This document shows, in pieces, positions 27,205-40,859 of a stretch of DNA of 64,000 nt. The first letter of the stretch is position 1; every line of letters starts with the position of its first letter. A program made the translations under genes and the position numbers. The stretch is from Eledone cirrhosa (lineage: Eukaryota). The notes beneath the pieces are model-generated. The model did not search any database, had not been told where the DNA came from, and saw only the letters and a list, made by a program, of their open reading frames with translations. The DNA lies in assembly GCA_964016885.1 (NCBI GenBank), contig OZ024746.1:3038001-3102000 (forward strand), written 5' to 3'.

Positions 27205-27247
27205 AAATCCAGACACATTTCAGTCTTATTAGAACTCATCAGCAAAG
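27205..27247 (-). ncRNA. CpG-decayed minimal type I hammerhead motif (probably inactive)
   Basis: Minus strand reads ttg CTGATGA gttct aata agact GAAA tgtg TC tgg. GAAATGTGTC is the expected CpG-deamination product of the GAAACGCGTC palindromic stem III of Penelope-type minimal hammerheads. Confidence 0.5.
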
Positions 27248-27807
27248 CATAATATAATCATTAGTGTAGATCTTAAATGACTTGAGAAATATGTAAGATT
27301 TTCGTGAATGAACACTGCAATGTGATATAACTTAAAAGAATATTGAGGGGGAAAATATCTAGGTATTCCTTGAAAGACAAAGTCTGACCTAACCAGAATT
27401 CACTGCCTGATCTCATGATTCTCATAGGACTTTAGAAATATGTAGTTATTTACTTGGGCATTAGCAGTGCAAATGAAGTGAAATATTTATGATATGAAAT
27501 GAAACTCTTTCAGTGACATCTCCCACCTGGAATTTTAATTCTTGTTTTGTCACTTGTTACTCCATGTTGTATCAATATCATCTTCCTTACAATCCTGTTA
27601 TAGCCATCCTCCTTCTTAATCCCCTCCTCATAGCATAGAACAGGCTTTTCAGTAGAGTAAATAAACAACAACCTTTCTAGTGCTGATGCCATGGAAAACA
27701 CACCCAGTAAACCATGTAAGGTAGTTGGGAATAGGAAGGATATCCAGTCGTAGAAAGCATGTAAAAAAAAAAAGGGCCAAGAGCACAACTTATATATATA
27801 TATATAT

Positions 27808-28042
27808 GTAGACTCCGAATAAAATCAGGAGTAACCAGTTAAAAAAGGTACTCAATACATTAGTAGAGTGAATGATTATGAAAAGAGGATAATAGCTCTG
27901 AAATATGCCATAATACACTGGGTAAAACTACTTTGTTTTGCTTTATTTACCATCATTTTCCCCTCGTATTACCACATTGTACCGACTAAAAAAACTTATC
28001 GTCATTTACTATATATCTCACAATGCTTTGTATTAACTACAC

Positions 28043-28051
<9 letters not shown>
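27808..28051 (-). mobile_element. Non-coding island between (TA)n tracts sharing a terminal motif with the hammerhead-bearing remnants
   Basis: gtactcaatac-N3-agtagag at 27848-27868 also occurs at 9568-9588. Confidence 0.45.
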
Positions 28052-28135
<84 letters not shown>

Positions 28136-28182
28136 ACATAAACATATAAAGATTTTGAGGGTATTTCAAAAATATACTCACC

Positions 28183-28302
28183 ACCATAGGCGCTGAGCTG
28201 GCCAGCCGCAGATGTGAGCCTCTCGAGCTGGAATGGCTTTTCCAGCACGTCTCCTTTGCCGTCCTCTGGGGAAACGCCTTCTCCATTCTGACCGCCAGGG
28301 TT
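28183..28302 (+). mobile_element. C-terminal fragment of a CRE-like (restriction-like endonuclease) non-LTR retrotransposon
   Basis: Translates as TIGAELASRRCEPLELEWLFQHVSFAVLWGNAFSILTAR, resembling the LFQRLS.A..RGNA..IL C-terminal signature of CRE-type elements. The segment is GC-rich against an AT background. Confidence 0.6.
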
Positions 28303-28724
28303 GTGGGGAGGCCACCAATATGATTGACTGACTTGTCATTTTATCAGTCAGATGTTTTTAGACATCACCCAGTTAAATATTTCATTTATGTGAGTGAATT
28401 GATCCGAATTATTACTGGTGTTTCCTTCAACTCTGAGGTATGAAAGGTAAAGCCAAATTGTGTTCTCACATCTGCCTGGAACCTGTTGTCACACTTGAAG
28501 GTGAAATTCAAATTGTTTTTCATTCACTAATGTGATGATATGGATGATGTGTCTATAGTTTTTTCTGACGATCCTAGACTTGAGAATTTAGTTTAATAAG
28601 TGTTGTTGGTATGAGTTGTGTTCAGTTTGAACTGTTAGGGAAGCCATAAGCAAATAGGGAATTCCATAGACCCTGTTCTGGGAATAAGAATTGGGCTGAT
28701 TACTTGTTATAGGATTTCAGTGAC

Positions 28725-28933
28725 GGTCATGTTGGTGACATAACAAAAAGCACCCAGCACACTCTGTAAATGTGGTTGGCGTTAGGAAGGGCATCTGGCC
28801 ATAGAAACCAAGTCAAAATAAGTTCTGTGTGAGCAAAACACGGTCCTCCGACCTAGCATATCTCACAACGGGACAAATCGTCTAACCCATGCTAACTTGG
28901 AAAATGGACATTAAACGGTGATGATGATGATGA
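28725..28933 (+). mobile_element. RTE 3' UTR/tail fragment
   Basis: aaaagcacccagcacactctgtaaatgtggttggcgttaggaagggcatc ... aaatggacattaaacggtgatgatgatg. Confidence 0.8.
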
Positions 28934-29727
28934 AAAATGGTTTATATGAAAATTGAACCTGTGTAGAATGAATGCAGTGAGGGAACCCACAGCCCCTGGT
29001 TTCATAGTTTTTATGTAACTTTGATCAACCCTAATTGAACATATCCATTTGTTATATTGTTTTCAGAATAGCATTCTTCAATATTTACTTTTTAAGATTT
29101 ATGGTGTAGTTTGAGGGAGAATTAACTACTATTTCATGTAGGTTGATGACTGTATAGAGACCGAATAGTTGAGTCAAGCTTGTAGTTAAAAATACACAGG
29201 AATTATGCCGCCTACTACAACATATTTGGCCAGTAGTGATTATCTGAACAACACTAAAGGAAGTCTCTATGTAATCATTCAATCTGCTAGAAATAGCAGT
29301 TAGATATCTCTCAAATTACAACTTACTGTTTTAAAAAAGAGGAAAGAGAGGACATATTGGACAATGCAGATCTAGTTGTAAACAAGAATGTGATGGTCAT
29401 GACTTGAAACACAAGCCTGGTTAATGAAGGTTAACCTGGGGCTAAACAGTGACAAGCAGTTCGGTTAGTCATTGAAATATATGAACATGTCACAAATGAT
29501 AGGAGGATGGTTGGAATAAGCAGTGGGCTTGGAAAATCAGTAATTTTTCTAGGTTGTCTCTGTTGATTTTTTTGTAAAAACCAAAATTAGTCGTTTAGTT
29601 TACATATTGAGACCACCAACCTATCTTATTTATTTTATGACATATGGGATTTCTAGTCATGTACTGTTTTTTGTCATGTATACTGTTTTATAATTATTTG
29701 AGACTGGAGAGTACACAGTTTTTGGGG

Positions 29728-29846
29728 GGTTCAGTCAACTCAGTATACCTGTATATGTTAATACAGTTTTTGAATATATTTCACTCCTGGTTCAGTCAAC
29801 TCAATATGCCTGTATATGTTAATACAGTTTCTGAATATATTTCACT
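29728..29846. repeat. 61-bp direct tandem duplication
   Basis: ggttcagtcaactca.tat.cctgtatatgttaatacagttt.tgaatatatttcact occurs twice. Confidence 0.9.
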
Positions 29847-30260
29847 AATTATATTTATTATGCTCCAAACTTAACATATGAACTCTCAAAGATGATTATA
29901 TAAAATCTATTCTGTTTGTATTCTCTTTGATATTGATCAGTTGTGGTCATTAAGTACAGTGAAGTATGCTATTTAGTATTTATATTTTCATCACTTTCTA
30001 TTGTGTCCTATTAACTTTTCTCTTTCTACTGATTTTTCATTTATTCTATTTTACAAAATGCAAGTATGATGTTTTATTTATGTACTTCTATTATTTCTAA
30101 TCTTATTAACTTGTATTTTTACTTCTTAATGTAGTTTGATGCCAAAAGTTTTCTTTTCTATGAGAACAGTTTTCCTAATTTTAGTCAATAATGTTTTTTG
30201 TTTGCAAAATTTTCATTCAAATCTATTATTAGGTATTGTTGAATACTTTTATTGTTTTGT

Positions 30261-30487
30261 TTAACCCTTTAGCATTTAAACCAGCCATATATGCGGCCAT
30301 AATTATCTCACCCCTTTCTCTTCAAACTGGCCATAACCGGCTGCTCATACTTATGTTAAGGTAGTGTTCTCAAAATGAATATCAAAATCTTATAGTTTCA
30401 ATATTATGTGAGATATTATGTAAAGTAAAGCCTTTACTGTGAAAATACAATAGTAAATGTACAGTAATGTAAATAGTAAAGGGCTAA
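30261..30487 (+). mobile_element. piggyBac-like MITE family A
   Basis: TTAA|ccctttagcattta ... taaatagtaaaggg|CTAA, collinear with the 32911 copy. Confidence 0.85.
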
Positions 30488-32414
30488 TAGGCACCCTCAC
30501 TTTTGAAGGAGAAACAAATTTGGACAGGTTTTCATTCATATATAAAAAAATGGCCTAGTGGTTAGGGTGTTAGATGTGATTGTAAGGTCTTGAGTTTGAT
30601 TCCTGGACTGAGTAAGACGTTTCATTTCACATCATTTTTCATGACCAAATAACTGAGAATAAGTCTAAAGTTGATAATCAACTTGAAGATAAAAGGTGGT
30701 CCTAGAGACTCTCTCACCTGAATTTGATCTGTTAATCATCTAATTGTCCTGTTACAAATTGATCAGCAATCCTATGTGTTAGAAGTAAAAATTAATTAGT
30801 TGAGTTGTAATATCAACTCATAGGTTTGAAAGTAATTCTTGTGCAATATTTTGTTGTTGTATAGTACTAAGTCTTCTTCTCTCGTGTCTTTTTCTATATC
30901 TATGACTAAGTTATCTACATTTTTTTAAAAATAGTAGGATGTGATTTGAAGAAGATATTAATGCTATTTTTAGCTGGTCAGATGACTACATAAGGGTTTG
31001 TTGTTGGGGTTGAAAACTTAACACTTTTGTTACCGTATTTCTAATGAAAGACACTGTCAATGTTTTTCAAATCATTTTAAAAAATTAAAAAGATTTTTGA
31101 GTGATTTAGTAATATAGTTTAACTTTCTGATTGTTTAGAACATAAAATTATGATGGAAGGTTTTTAGATAAATATAAACACTTTAAAACATCTCTGTAAC
31201 TCTGTAACCCAAATGGTTTTGAATCAAGAGGGTTAATACTATGAAACTAGAACCACTTAACACTAGTTCTTGTTGGTTTTTAACCAGTTTTACAGATATA
31301 TTTGTTTTTATCTAGCAATCAACTGGTAAACAACTGTATCTTGTTATCACTGTCAGTATTTTTGCATCTGCTTTTCTATGCTGGAATGGGTTAGACAAGG
31401 ATTTTTGATCAGATCTGCTTTCTGATGTTTAGAACCTGTTCTAAAACCAAGACATACACATATAAGAATATAATAATTAACAAGTAGAGGCTTGAACTAT
31501 CAACTGTAATTTTAAAGTTGTCAAAGAAATGTTGAAAGGTTAGTTCGTAGACTTGCAATTAGATCTGAGAATATTTTCCCTTGGAAGCAATAATTTACAA
31601 ATATATTTCACTATTTGGTCAAAGCAATAAATTAGGTATAATCACATGATAGAAAATGAGTGTGTGAATTGTATCATTATGGACTGTTTACAGTTTTAGA
31701 TCTGATTCATAAATCAACAAAAATGAAAAATACTTCCTGAAAACCTTAATAACATAGAGCAATATGCAACCTTTACCCTATTTTTTTAAAACTCTCCATT
31801 AGATTTATAACAAAGATATTATGTACAAAGTGGATTTATTTTTTTTCTCCGTGAATAAAAGTTTTATGTTAATGTTCAATCTTCTATGGTGACACTAAAT
31901 TCGATGTTGGAACAATCCTAAATTTAATTCTGTTACACATCATGTGAACATCATAAAACAGACTCACAAAAGATTCTCGTGTATTAAAAAAAAGTACGGC
32001 AGTACATTAAGAGTTTATTGATTATTGATCAAATTTCTGTTTTTGAAGTGCTGCATTTATGAGTGTGTTTCTATTTTCTTTGTTTAATTATTGATTTTTA
32101 TTGATATAGATGTGTTGAATGGTAGCTGGATGGGTAGATTGCTAGATTCATGACCCATGCAGTAAAGATTCTAGAATATTCTTAAATAATCCATTTTCAT
32201 TTTAGTTAACCTACCATAAAGACCTTTCTATCACTTAAAACAGATAATTATCAATCATGTTTTGAAACCTGTACTTCAAGAAGACATTAATTAAAATAAC
32301 CAAACTGAAAACCTATCTGATACATATATCAGCACAGAAATTTATATAAATGAATATTATTTATGTTCATACCCGGAACAAAAGCACTTCTTAATTGCTC
32401 CAACGTGGACTACG

Positions 32415-32447
<33 letters not shown>

Positions 32448-32910
32448 CTCTCTGCTAGCGTTGAAGAATGGACGTAAGATATATATATATATATTCGGTT
32501 GAAACAATACTTGTCTGGTTTTAACAGATATTTTCACAAATCAAAATAATGGTCTTTATGGATATATTTATTCAGAAATATGTTCTTCATTGCTTTCTGT
32601 AGCCTTATTTCATCTGTGAACAAGCTTATAGTTGCTATCTTATAAAATTCCTGATCTAGTATTTGTCATTTGTGTTTCTTGGAAACAAACAGGATAGCAG
32701 TCCTAGATATGGAGGATAGTTTGGTGTGGTGGTGTTTATGGGCATATATTATGGATGGGAGAGAAATGTGGGTTTATATCACATTGAAGTTGATGTGATG
32801 CAGTAAGCAGTTTCCATCTTCCAAATATTGTCTTAGTGGAATATAGAAGTTTTACTTAACCTAGCCCTTAAAAGAAGGAAGGGCATGTTGAATAATGGTT
32901 ATTCACATTA

Positions 32911-33125
32911 TTAACCCTTTAGCATTTAAACCGGCCAGAATTATCTCACCCTTTTCTGTTCAAACCGGCCATAACCAGCCACTCATACTTATGTTAAGGC
33001 ATTGTTCTCAAAATATATAATATCAAAATCTCATAGATTCGATATTATGAGATAATTATGAGATAAAGTGTTTACCATGAAAATAAAATAGTAAATATAG
33101 AGTAATGTAAATGCGAAAGGGTTAA
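32911..33125 (+). mobile_element. piggyBac-like MITE family A
   Basis: TTAA|ccctttagcattta ... taaatgcgaaaggg|TTAA. Confidence 0.88.
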
Positions 33126-33199
33126 GCAGTTATTTTGAAACATAACCTAACAAACTTTATTCTACATACCTCTGCTATAAATGAAACTTCAGGGTCATT

Positions 33200-33312
33200 C
33201 TACCTCATTGTCCCCGACAGGATGGAGAAGATACTGCCCCATAGGTTGGCAAGGGAGATGTGCTGGAACAGCCACTTCACCTTGTTGGTATCACACATGC
33301 AGGTAGCCCACT
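33200..33312 (-). mobile_element. Second CRE-like C-terminal fragment
   Basis: Minus strand translates as ...DTNKVKWLFQHISLANLWGSIFSILSG, homologous to 28183-28302. Confidence 0.55.
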
Positions 33313-33877
33313 TTTCTCTTATATCAGTGAGAAGAGATGTGGTCTGGGGCCGAAGAACAGTAAATCTCCACTACCATAAGCTCAACCACAGAGAGCAGTT
33401 GATATTTTGACTACAATATTAATACTCCATCACTGATACAAAGATAGTACTACATAGACAGCCAGTTAACTGTTGCATCTGAAATATTTCCACTGATATA
33501 AAAGTTGTATTACTGTTTATAACATGTCTTCCACCAGAAGCTGCCTCACTAGAGATGGGACACTTGAGTGTGTGTGTGCATCATAAGCTGAAAGTAGAGC
33601 GGTGTTGTCCTTCCTTAGAAAAACAAAGAATATTTACATTTGTGTATCTTAAAACATCATACTTTCAAATCTTAGTGTTGGTATGTATTGGGAAAGTCAT
33701 ACATCTTCAAATATATGTGTGGTGGGTTTATGGCCCTAGATTATTTACTGGCTGATAGTGTTTACTGTAGAGTCAGTCATTTTTATGTTGTTGGTTTTTG
33801 AGGGATATTTGTAAATAATACATTGCTTCAATATTTCAAATAAACATCTGATTTAACAGAATTATGTATATGGTAAA

Positions 33878-34063
33878 TATAATTGTTTCTACTTTAGGCA
33901 CAAGGCCAGCAATTACCCAGTGCATTACTGGTACTTTATTTTTATCGACCTCGTAAGGATGAAAGGCAAAGTCAACCTCGGCGGGATTTGAACTCAGATC
34001 GTAAAGGGACGTAACTATGCTGGAAAGCATGGCGTCCAACCCTCTACCGATACTGCCAATCCA
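33878..34063 (-). mobile_element. Meta/MESC-domain SINE
   Basis: Collinear with 18785-19003 (B-box and core). Confidence 0.8.
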
Positions 34064-34122
34064 CTAAATATATTGATAATAAATTTGTCATGTTGATGCA
34101 AAAGTATTTCACATAATGTCTC

Positions 34123-34364
34123 TTAATCCTTTCATGACTGTATTTCTAATGAAATACACTCTATTTCAATTAGTTAATGAAGAATTTTGAGGGATTTACT
34201 AAAATTACCAATTATTTTATTATTAAGATTATAACTTAATATAAAGTTCTTATATAAAATTATGTTGGAAGATTTTAATTTAAATTGGAAACTTTTAGAA
34301 TTGGGTAGTTTTATTTCATAGAACCAGAACTGGTTTTGGCCGGGGTTGGTAACTAAAGAGTTAT
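34123..34364 (-). mobile_element. piggyBac-like MITE family B (single terminal unit)
   Basis: TTAA|tcctttcatgac ... ggttggtaactaaagag|ttat. Confidence 0.8.
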
Positions 34365-34554
34365 ACCTATAGCTTCATTTCTCTAATCTTGGTTGGTTTT
34401 TCTATATAGATTTTTTTTTTATAAACTTTTGATTCAACAAAAAATTGAGATCAGATCTTTGACTGATCTCAATTTTTTGATGTGGTTGTGTGTGATGCAT
34501 GTTTTTTAATCTTTATTAAATGAAATAACATCCAAAATAATTCTATTTGAATAA

Positions 34555-35094
34555 GAGCTGTAGTATGTGAGGGTGCTGTTGGAGCTGTAGTATGTGAGGG
34601 TGCTGTTGGAGCTGTAGTATGTGAGGGTGCTGTTGGAGCTGTAGTATGTGAGGGTGCTGTTGGAGCTGTAGTATGTGAGGGTGCTGTTGGAGCTGTAGTA
34701 TGTGAGGGTGCTGTTGGAGCTGTAGTATGTGAGGGTGCTGTTGGAGCTGTAGTATGTGAGGGTGCTGTTGGAGCTGTAGTATGTGAGGGTGCTGTTGGAG
34801 CTGTAGTATGTGAGGGTGCTGTTGGAGCTGTAGTATGTGAGGGTGCTGTTGGAGCTGTAGTATGTGAGGGTGCTGTTGGAGCTGTAGTATGTGAGGGTGC
34901 TGTTGGAGCTGTAGTATGTGAGGGTGCTGTTGGAGCTGTAGTATGTGAGGGTGCTGTTGGAGCTGTAGTATGTGAGGGTGCTGTTGGAGCTGTAGTATGT
35001 GAGGGTGCTGTTGGAGCTGTAGTATGTGAGGGTGCTGTTGGAGCTGTAGTATGTGAGGGTGCTGTTGGAGCTGTAGTATGTGAGGGTGCTGTTG
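34555..35094. repeat. 27-bp minisatellite, 20 apparently identical copies
   Basis: gagctgtagtatgtgagggtgctgttg repeated 20 times (540 bp). Confidence 0.98.
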
Positions 35095-36313
35095 ATGCCA
35101 ACTGATGCTGGAAGTTAGGTTTCTAACATTAACTCATAACAGATTTGAAATAATATTAAATGAAAATAAATTTCTGAAAGAAAATTAGCTGAGCATGCTC
35201 TAGATTAAAATATGATTTAGGAGTACCATCAGTGGAAACATATTGAAAAACACTGAGGCAATAAAGACAGTTTTTGCACTTGAAAGTTGATTAAAAAAGA
35301 AAAAAATCACCTGCAAATGTTTCAATATCTGAAAAGAATAGATGATATTGGATATCATACTTAATGGTTTCTAGGCTATAGCAGTTGAATAAAGACTTAG
35401 ATGTTTTGCAGGGATATATCTATCTATCTATATATATATAAAACCAAGATTTAATACATTATTTGATTGATTTACCCATGTTTCATAGAACATAAGGCTA
35501 CTAAAAAAAATAGCAGCCAGAACCATCCGATACATTAAAAGCTCAACAAAAGCATAAGAGCTGAATTTATCAAAAATATATATTGAGTTAAAAACTCACA
35601 ATAGTCCCTTATAAACAATAATTTAGAGAGTAATTATTTATTTTGAATTTAAATATATCCCTGTTTTGCAAATGATGTTTTAATTGAGTTAGACATTGTG
35701 TATGACATTGTTCTTATTTGATTAATCCCAAATCAAGTGGATTTGAACTTCAACATTGAACTAGAAAAAATATCTTGGTTTTTTTTTTATCACTTAATCT
35801 GAGAATGAAGGCCACCACTAATGGTTATTCTGTAGAATTTTCATCTCCCTCTGTTTGGAGACTGAATTGATATCATAATAAAGGAAGAAACAACAACTCA
35901 TGGTTATCTTCAGATCAGGGGGCTTTGTCTGCATGCTTGTAAAAGAGTGAACTCTGCCACAGGCACTCGAGGGCCCGGTGCTGGTGGTATTAAACTGACA
36001 AATTATGTCTACCATTCATGAACAGGTACAGTCCATCTGACAGGCTTCCATACAGTTTCTGTCTACCTAGCTTTACTTAAAGGCTACAGTAGTAGATGTT
36101 GAAGATGCTGTGCTGTGGGATCAAACTTGGAACCACATGACTGTAAAACAAATGGCATGTCCTCAATGGCAGCTGGAAGGAGTGACCTGATGAATGTAAC
36201 ACGACAGATGATAACTAGATGATCTGTTATATTTATCCTTTCTAGAATATTTTGATGTATTATGGTTCTGCTAAATATGTGTGTAATTATATTCACCTTT
36301 CTTTTACTTCCAG

Positions 36314-36359
36314 ATTGGTGATTATACTATCAACTAAGAATGGTATTCTAGGAGCATTG
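36314..36359 (+). CDS. Probable internal coding exon (46 nt) of an unidentified host gene; peptide xLVIILSTKNGILGAL
   Basis: Acceptor ttcacctttcttttacttccAG and consensus donor G|GTAAGT. Open in the frame entering at phase 2 and leaving at phase 0. Protein not recognised. Confidence 0.6.
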
Positions 36360-36392
36360 GTAAGTATTTTATAATTATTTGTCATAAACTAT

Positions 36393-36466
<74 letters not shown>

Positions 36467-36471
<5 letters not shown>

Positions 36472-36500
36472 GGACGTAAAATGAAATGATGATGATGATG

Positions 36501-36542
<42 letters not shown>

Positions 36543-36576
36543 CATCATCATCATCATTTCATTTTACGTCCACTTT
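36467..36576. repeat. Perfect 110-bp palindrome formed from a SINE 3' end and (TA)n
   Basis: The 55-bp arm aaagtggacgtaaaatgaaatgatgatgatgatgatataaatatatatatatata is followed by its exact reverse complement. Confidence 0.95.
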
Positions 36577-36867
36577 TCCCTGCTTGCAAGGGTGGGACGG
36601 GAACTGATCCTGGGTTGATTTCTACAGCTGGATGCCCTTCTTAACACCAACCTCATTTACAGTGAGTGCTGGGTGCTTTGTTGCCGTGGCACCTCCACGA
36701 CCACTTTGCAGTGGAATGATAAGGAACCCAGTCCCTATCATCTCATTTCTACAGCTGAGTAAACTGGAGCAATGTGAAAGGAAACAACACATCACCCGAT
36801 CTGAGAATTGAACTCACAACCTTTCAATTGCAAGGCCAATGCTCTAACCACTAAGCCATGTGCCCCC
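36541..36867 (-). mobile_element. Full-length tRNA-derived SINE with RTE-derived tail
   Basis: Minus strand has A-box tggcttagtgg, B-box gagttcaattct, a body as at 16737 and an (ATG)n tail. Confidence 0.9.
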
Positions 36868-36874
36868 ACTTTTC

Positions 36875-36917
<43 letters not shown>

Positions 36918-37535
36918 GTATATGTATATATGTATGTATATGTATATGTATATATGTATATATGTATGTATATGTATATGTATGTGTATATATGTATATA
37001 TATATGTATATGTATATATATGTGTATGTATATATGTGTATGTATGTATATGTATATATATATTTATGTTTATATGTATATGTATATATATGTATATGTA
37101 TATGTATATATAAATATGTATATATATATATGTATATGTATATATAAATATGTATATATATGTATGTATATATATATAAATATGTATATGTATATATATG
37201 TATATATGTATATGTATATATATATATGTATATGTATATGTATATATATGTATGTATATATATGTATATATATGTATATATATGTATATATGTATGTATA
37301 TGTATATATGTATATATATGTATGTATATGTATATATGTATATATATGTATGTATATGTATATATGTATATATATGTATATGTATATGTGTATGTATATG
37401 TATATATGTATATGTATATATATATATATGTATGTATATATATGTATATGTATATATATGTATATAAATATGTATATGTATATATATGTATATAAATATG
37501 TATATGTATATATATATGTATGTATATGTATGTAT

Positions 37536-37571
<36 letters not shown>

Positions 37572-37967
37572 GTATATATATGTATGTATATGTATATATA
37601 TATGTATGTATATGTATATATATATGTATGTATATGTATATATATATGTATGTATATGTATATATATATGTATGTATATGTATATATATATGTATGTATA
37701 TGTATATATATGTATGTATATGTATATATATGTATGTATATATATGTATATATATGTATGTATATGTATATATATGTATATATATGTATATATATGTATA
37801 TATATGTATATATATATGTATATGTATATGTATATATGTATATATATATGTATATATATATATGTATATATATATATGTATATGTATATGTATATATATA
37901 TATGTATATGTATATGTATATATATATGTATATGTATATATATGTATATGTATATATATATGTATGT

Positions 37968-37999
<32 letters not shown>

Positions 38000-38000
38000 G

Positions 38001-38053
<53 letters not shown>

Positions 38054-38071
38054 ATATATATATATGTATGT

Positions 38072-38141
<70 letters not shown>

Positions 38142-38172
38142 GTATATATATATATATGTATGTATATATATG

Positions 38173-38210
<38 letters not shown>

Positions 38211-38234
38211 TATGTATATGTATGTATATGTATG

Positions 38235-38269
<35 letters not shown>

Positions 38270-39074
38270 GTATATATATATATATATGTATATGTATGTA
38301 TATATATATGTATATGTATCTATATGTATGTATATGTATGTATATATATGTATGTGTATGTATATATATATATATGTATATGTATGTATGTATATGTATG
38401 TATATGTATGTATATATATGTATGTATATGTATGTATATATATGTATATGTATGTATATATATGTATATGTATATATATATGTATATGTATATGTATATA
38501 TATGTATATGTATATATATGTATATGTATATATATGTATATATATGTATATATATGTATATGTATATATATGTATATGTATATATATGTATATGTATATA
38601 TATGTATATATATGTATATATATATATGTATATATATATATGTATATATATATATGTATATATATATGTATATATATATGTATATATATATGTATATATA
38701 TATGTATATATATATGTATATGTATATGTATATATATATGTATATATATGTATATATATATGTATATGTATATATATATATATGTATATGTATATGTGTA
38801 TATATATGTATATATATATGTATATTTATATATATGTATATAAATATGTATATTTATATATATATGTATATATATATGTATATGTATGTATACATGTATA
38901 TATATATGTATATGTATGTATACATATATGTATGTATATATACATACATATATATATTATATATATGTATATATATATGTATATATATATGTATATATAT
39001 ATGTATATGTATATATATGTATATATATGTATATGTATATATATGTATATGTATATATATATATATGTATGTAT

Positions 39075-39108
<34 letters not shown>

Positions 39109-39115
39109 GTATATG

Positions 39116-39149
<34 letters not shown>

Positions 39150-39157
39150 TGTATATG

Positions 39158-39191
<34 letters not shown>

Positions 39192-39240
39192 TGTATATGT
39201 ATATATATGTATATGTATATATATATATATGTATGTATAT

Positions 39241-39274
<34 letters not shown>

Positions 39275-39331
39275 GTATGTATATATATGTATATGTATAT
39301 GTATATATGTATATGTATATATATGTATATG

Positions 39332-39380
<49 letters not shown>

Positions 39381-39458
39381 GTATATATATATGTATATAT
39401 ATATATGTATATATATATATGTATATATGTATATATATATATAATATGTATATATATG

Positions 39459-39585
<127 letters not shown>

Positions 39586-39700
39586 GTATATATATATATG
39601 TATATATATATATATGTATATATATATATGTATATATATATATATGTATATATATGTATATATATATATATGTATATATGTATATGTATATATATATATG

Positions 39701-39731
<31 letters not shown>

Positions 39732-39804
39732 GTATATATATATATGTATATATATATATATGTATATATGTATGTATATGTATATATATATATATGTATA
39801 TATG

Positions 39805-39845
<41 letters not shown>

Positions 39846-39961
39846 GTATATATATGTATATATATATATGTATATATATGTATATATATATATGTATATA
39901 TATGTATATATGTATGTATATATATGTATATATATGTATATATGTATGTATATATATATAT

Positions 39962-40728
39962 ATCATCATCACCGTTTTACGTCCGTTCTTCCACGCTAGC
40001 ATGGGTTAGACGGGTTGTCCTGTTGTGTCCTGTTGTGGGCAGTGTCTGGTCGGCTGACCATGCCTTGCTCATACAGGAACTGATCTGGCTTGATTTCTAC
40101 AGCTGGATGCCCTTCCTAACACCAACCTCATTTACAGTGAGTGCTGGGTGCTTTTTCGTGGCGCCTACACGTCCACTTTACAGTGTGGGCTGGGTGCTTT
40201 TTTGCCGTGGCACCTCCACGACCACCTTGCGGTGGGGGGGGGGGGCATATTGTTTATATGCTTCAGCATGTACCCATGGGAGGTCGGGTACCCTGTATTA
40301 CTGCGTGACGCCAGAAGTCACGGTCGTGTGTCATTGACTTTGAGAGGTGTAGTTGGGTAAGGTCGGCTTTTATCACCTCATCCCAAGTCATCTTGGGTCT
40401 CCCCACTCCGCGGTTTCCATCAACTTCTAGTGCTCTGCACCTTTTTATGCAGCTGTCATCCTTCATACGCATCACATGTCCATACCAGCGTAACCGCCTC
40501 TCCTGCACGCAGCATTTGATTCCTCTTATGCTCAGTCTCTCTCTCAATTCATTTATGCTTTGTCGTTCACGTATATTACTGTTACACATCCATCGGAGCA
40601 TGCAGGCTTCGTTTCTCTCTAATCTACGTAAGTCTTCCACCTTCAGCGCCCAGGTCTCACTACCATGCAACATCGCTGTTCGGATACACGCATCATACAG
40701 TCTGCCTTTCATTCTGAGGGAGAAGCCT
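39962..40728 (-). mobile_element. 5'-truncated RTE-clade LINE
   Basis: ORF 40263-40712 reads [20 protein letters not shown]...[12 protein letters not shown]. (CAT)n tail present; both ends abut (TA)n. Confidence 0.93.
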
Positions 40729-40777
40729 TATATATATGTATATATATGTATATATATATGTATATATATGTATATAC

Positions 40778-40811
<34 letters not shown>

Positions 40812-40814
40812 GTA

Positions 40815-40859
<45 letters not shown>

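Noticed and set aside
34469-35101. 210-aa mucin-like ORF
   Set aside because: It consists entirely of a perfect 27-bp tandem repeat with no synonymous variation, no ATG start and no signal peptide.
36795-36867. tRNA-like sequence with A and B boxes
   Set aside because: It is the head of a SINE continuing into a repeated body and tail; no complete cloverleaf could be drawn.
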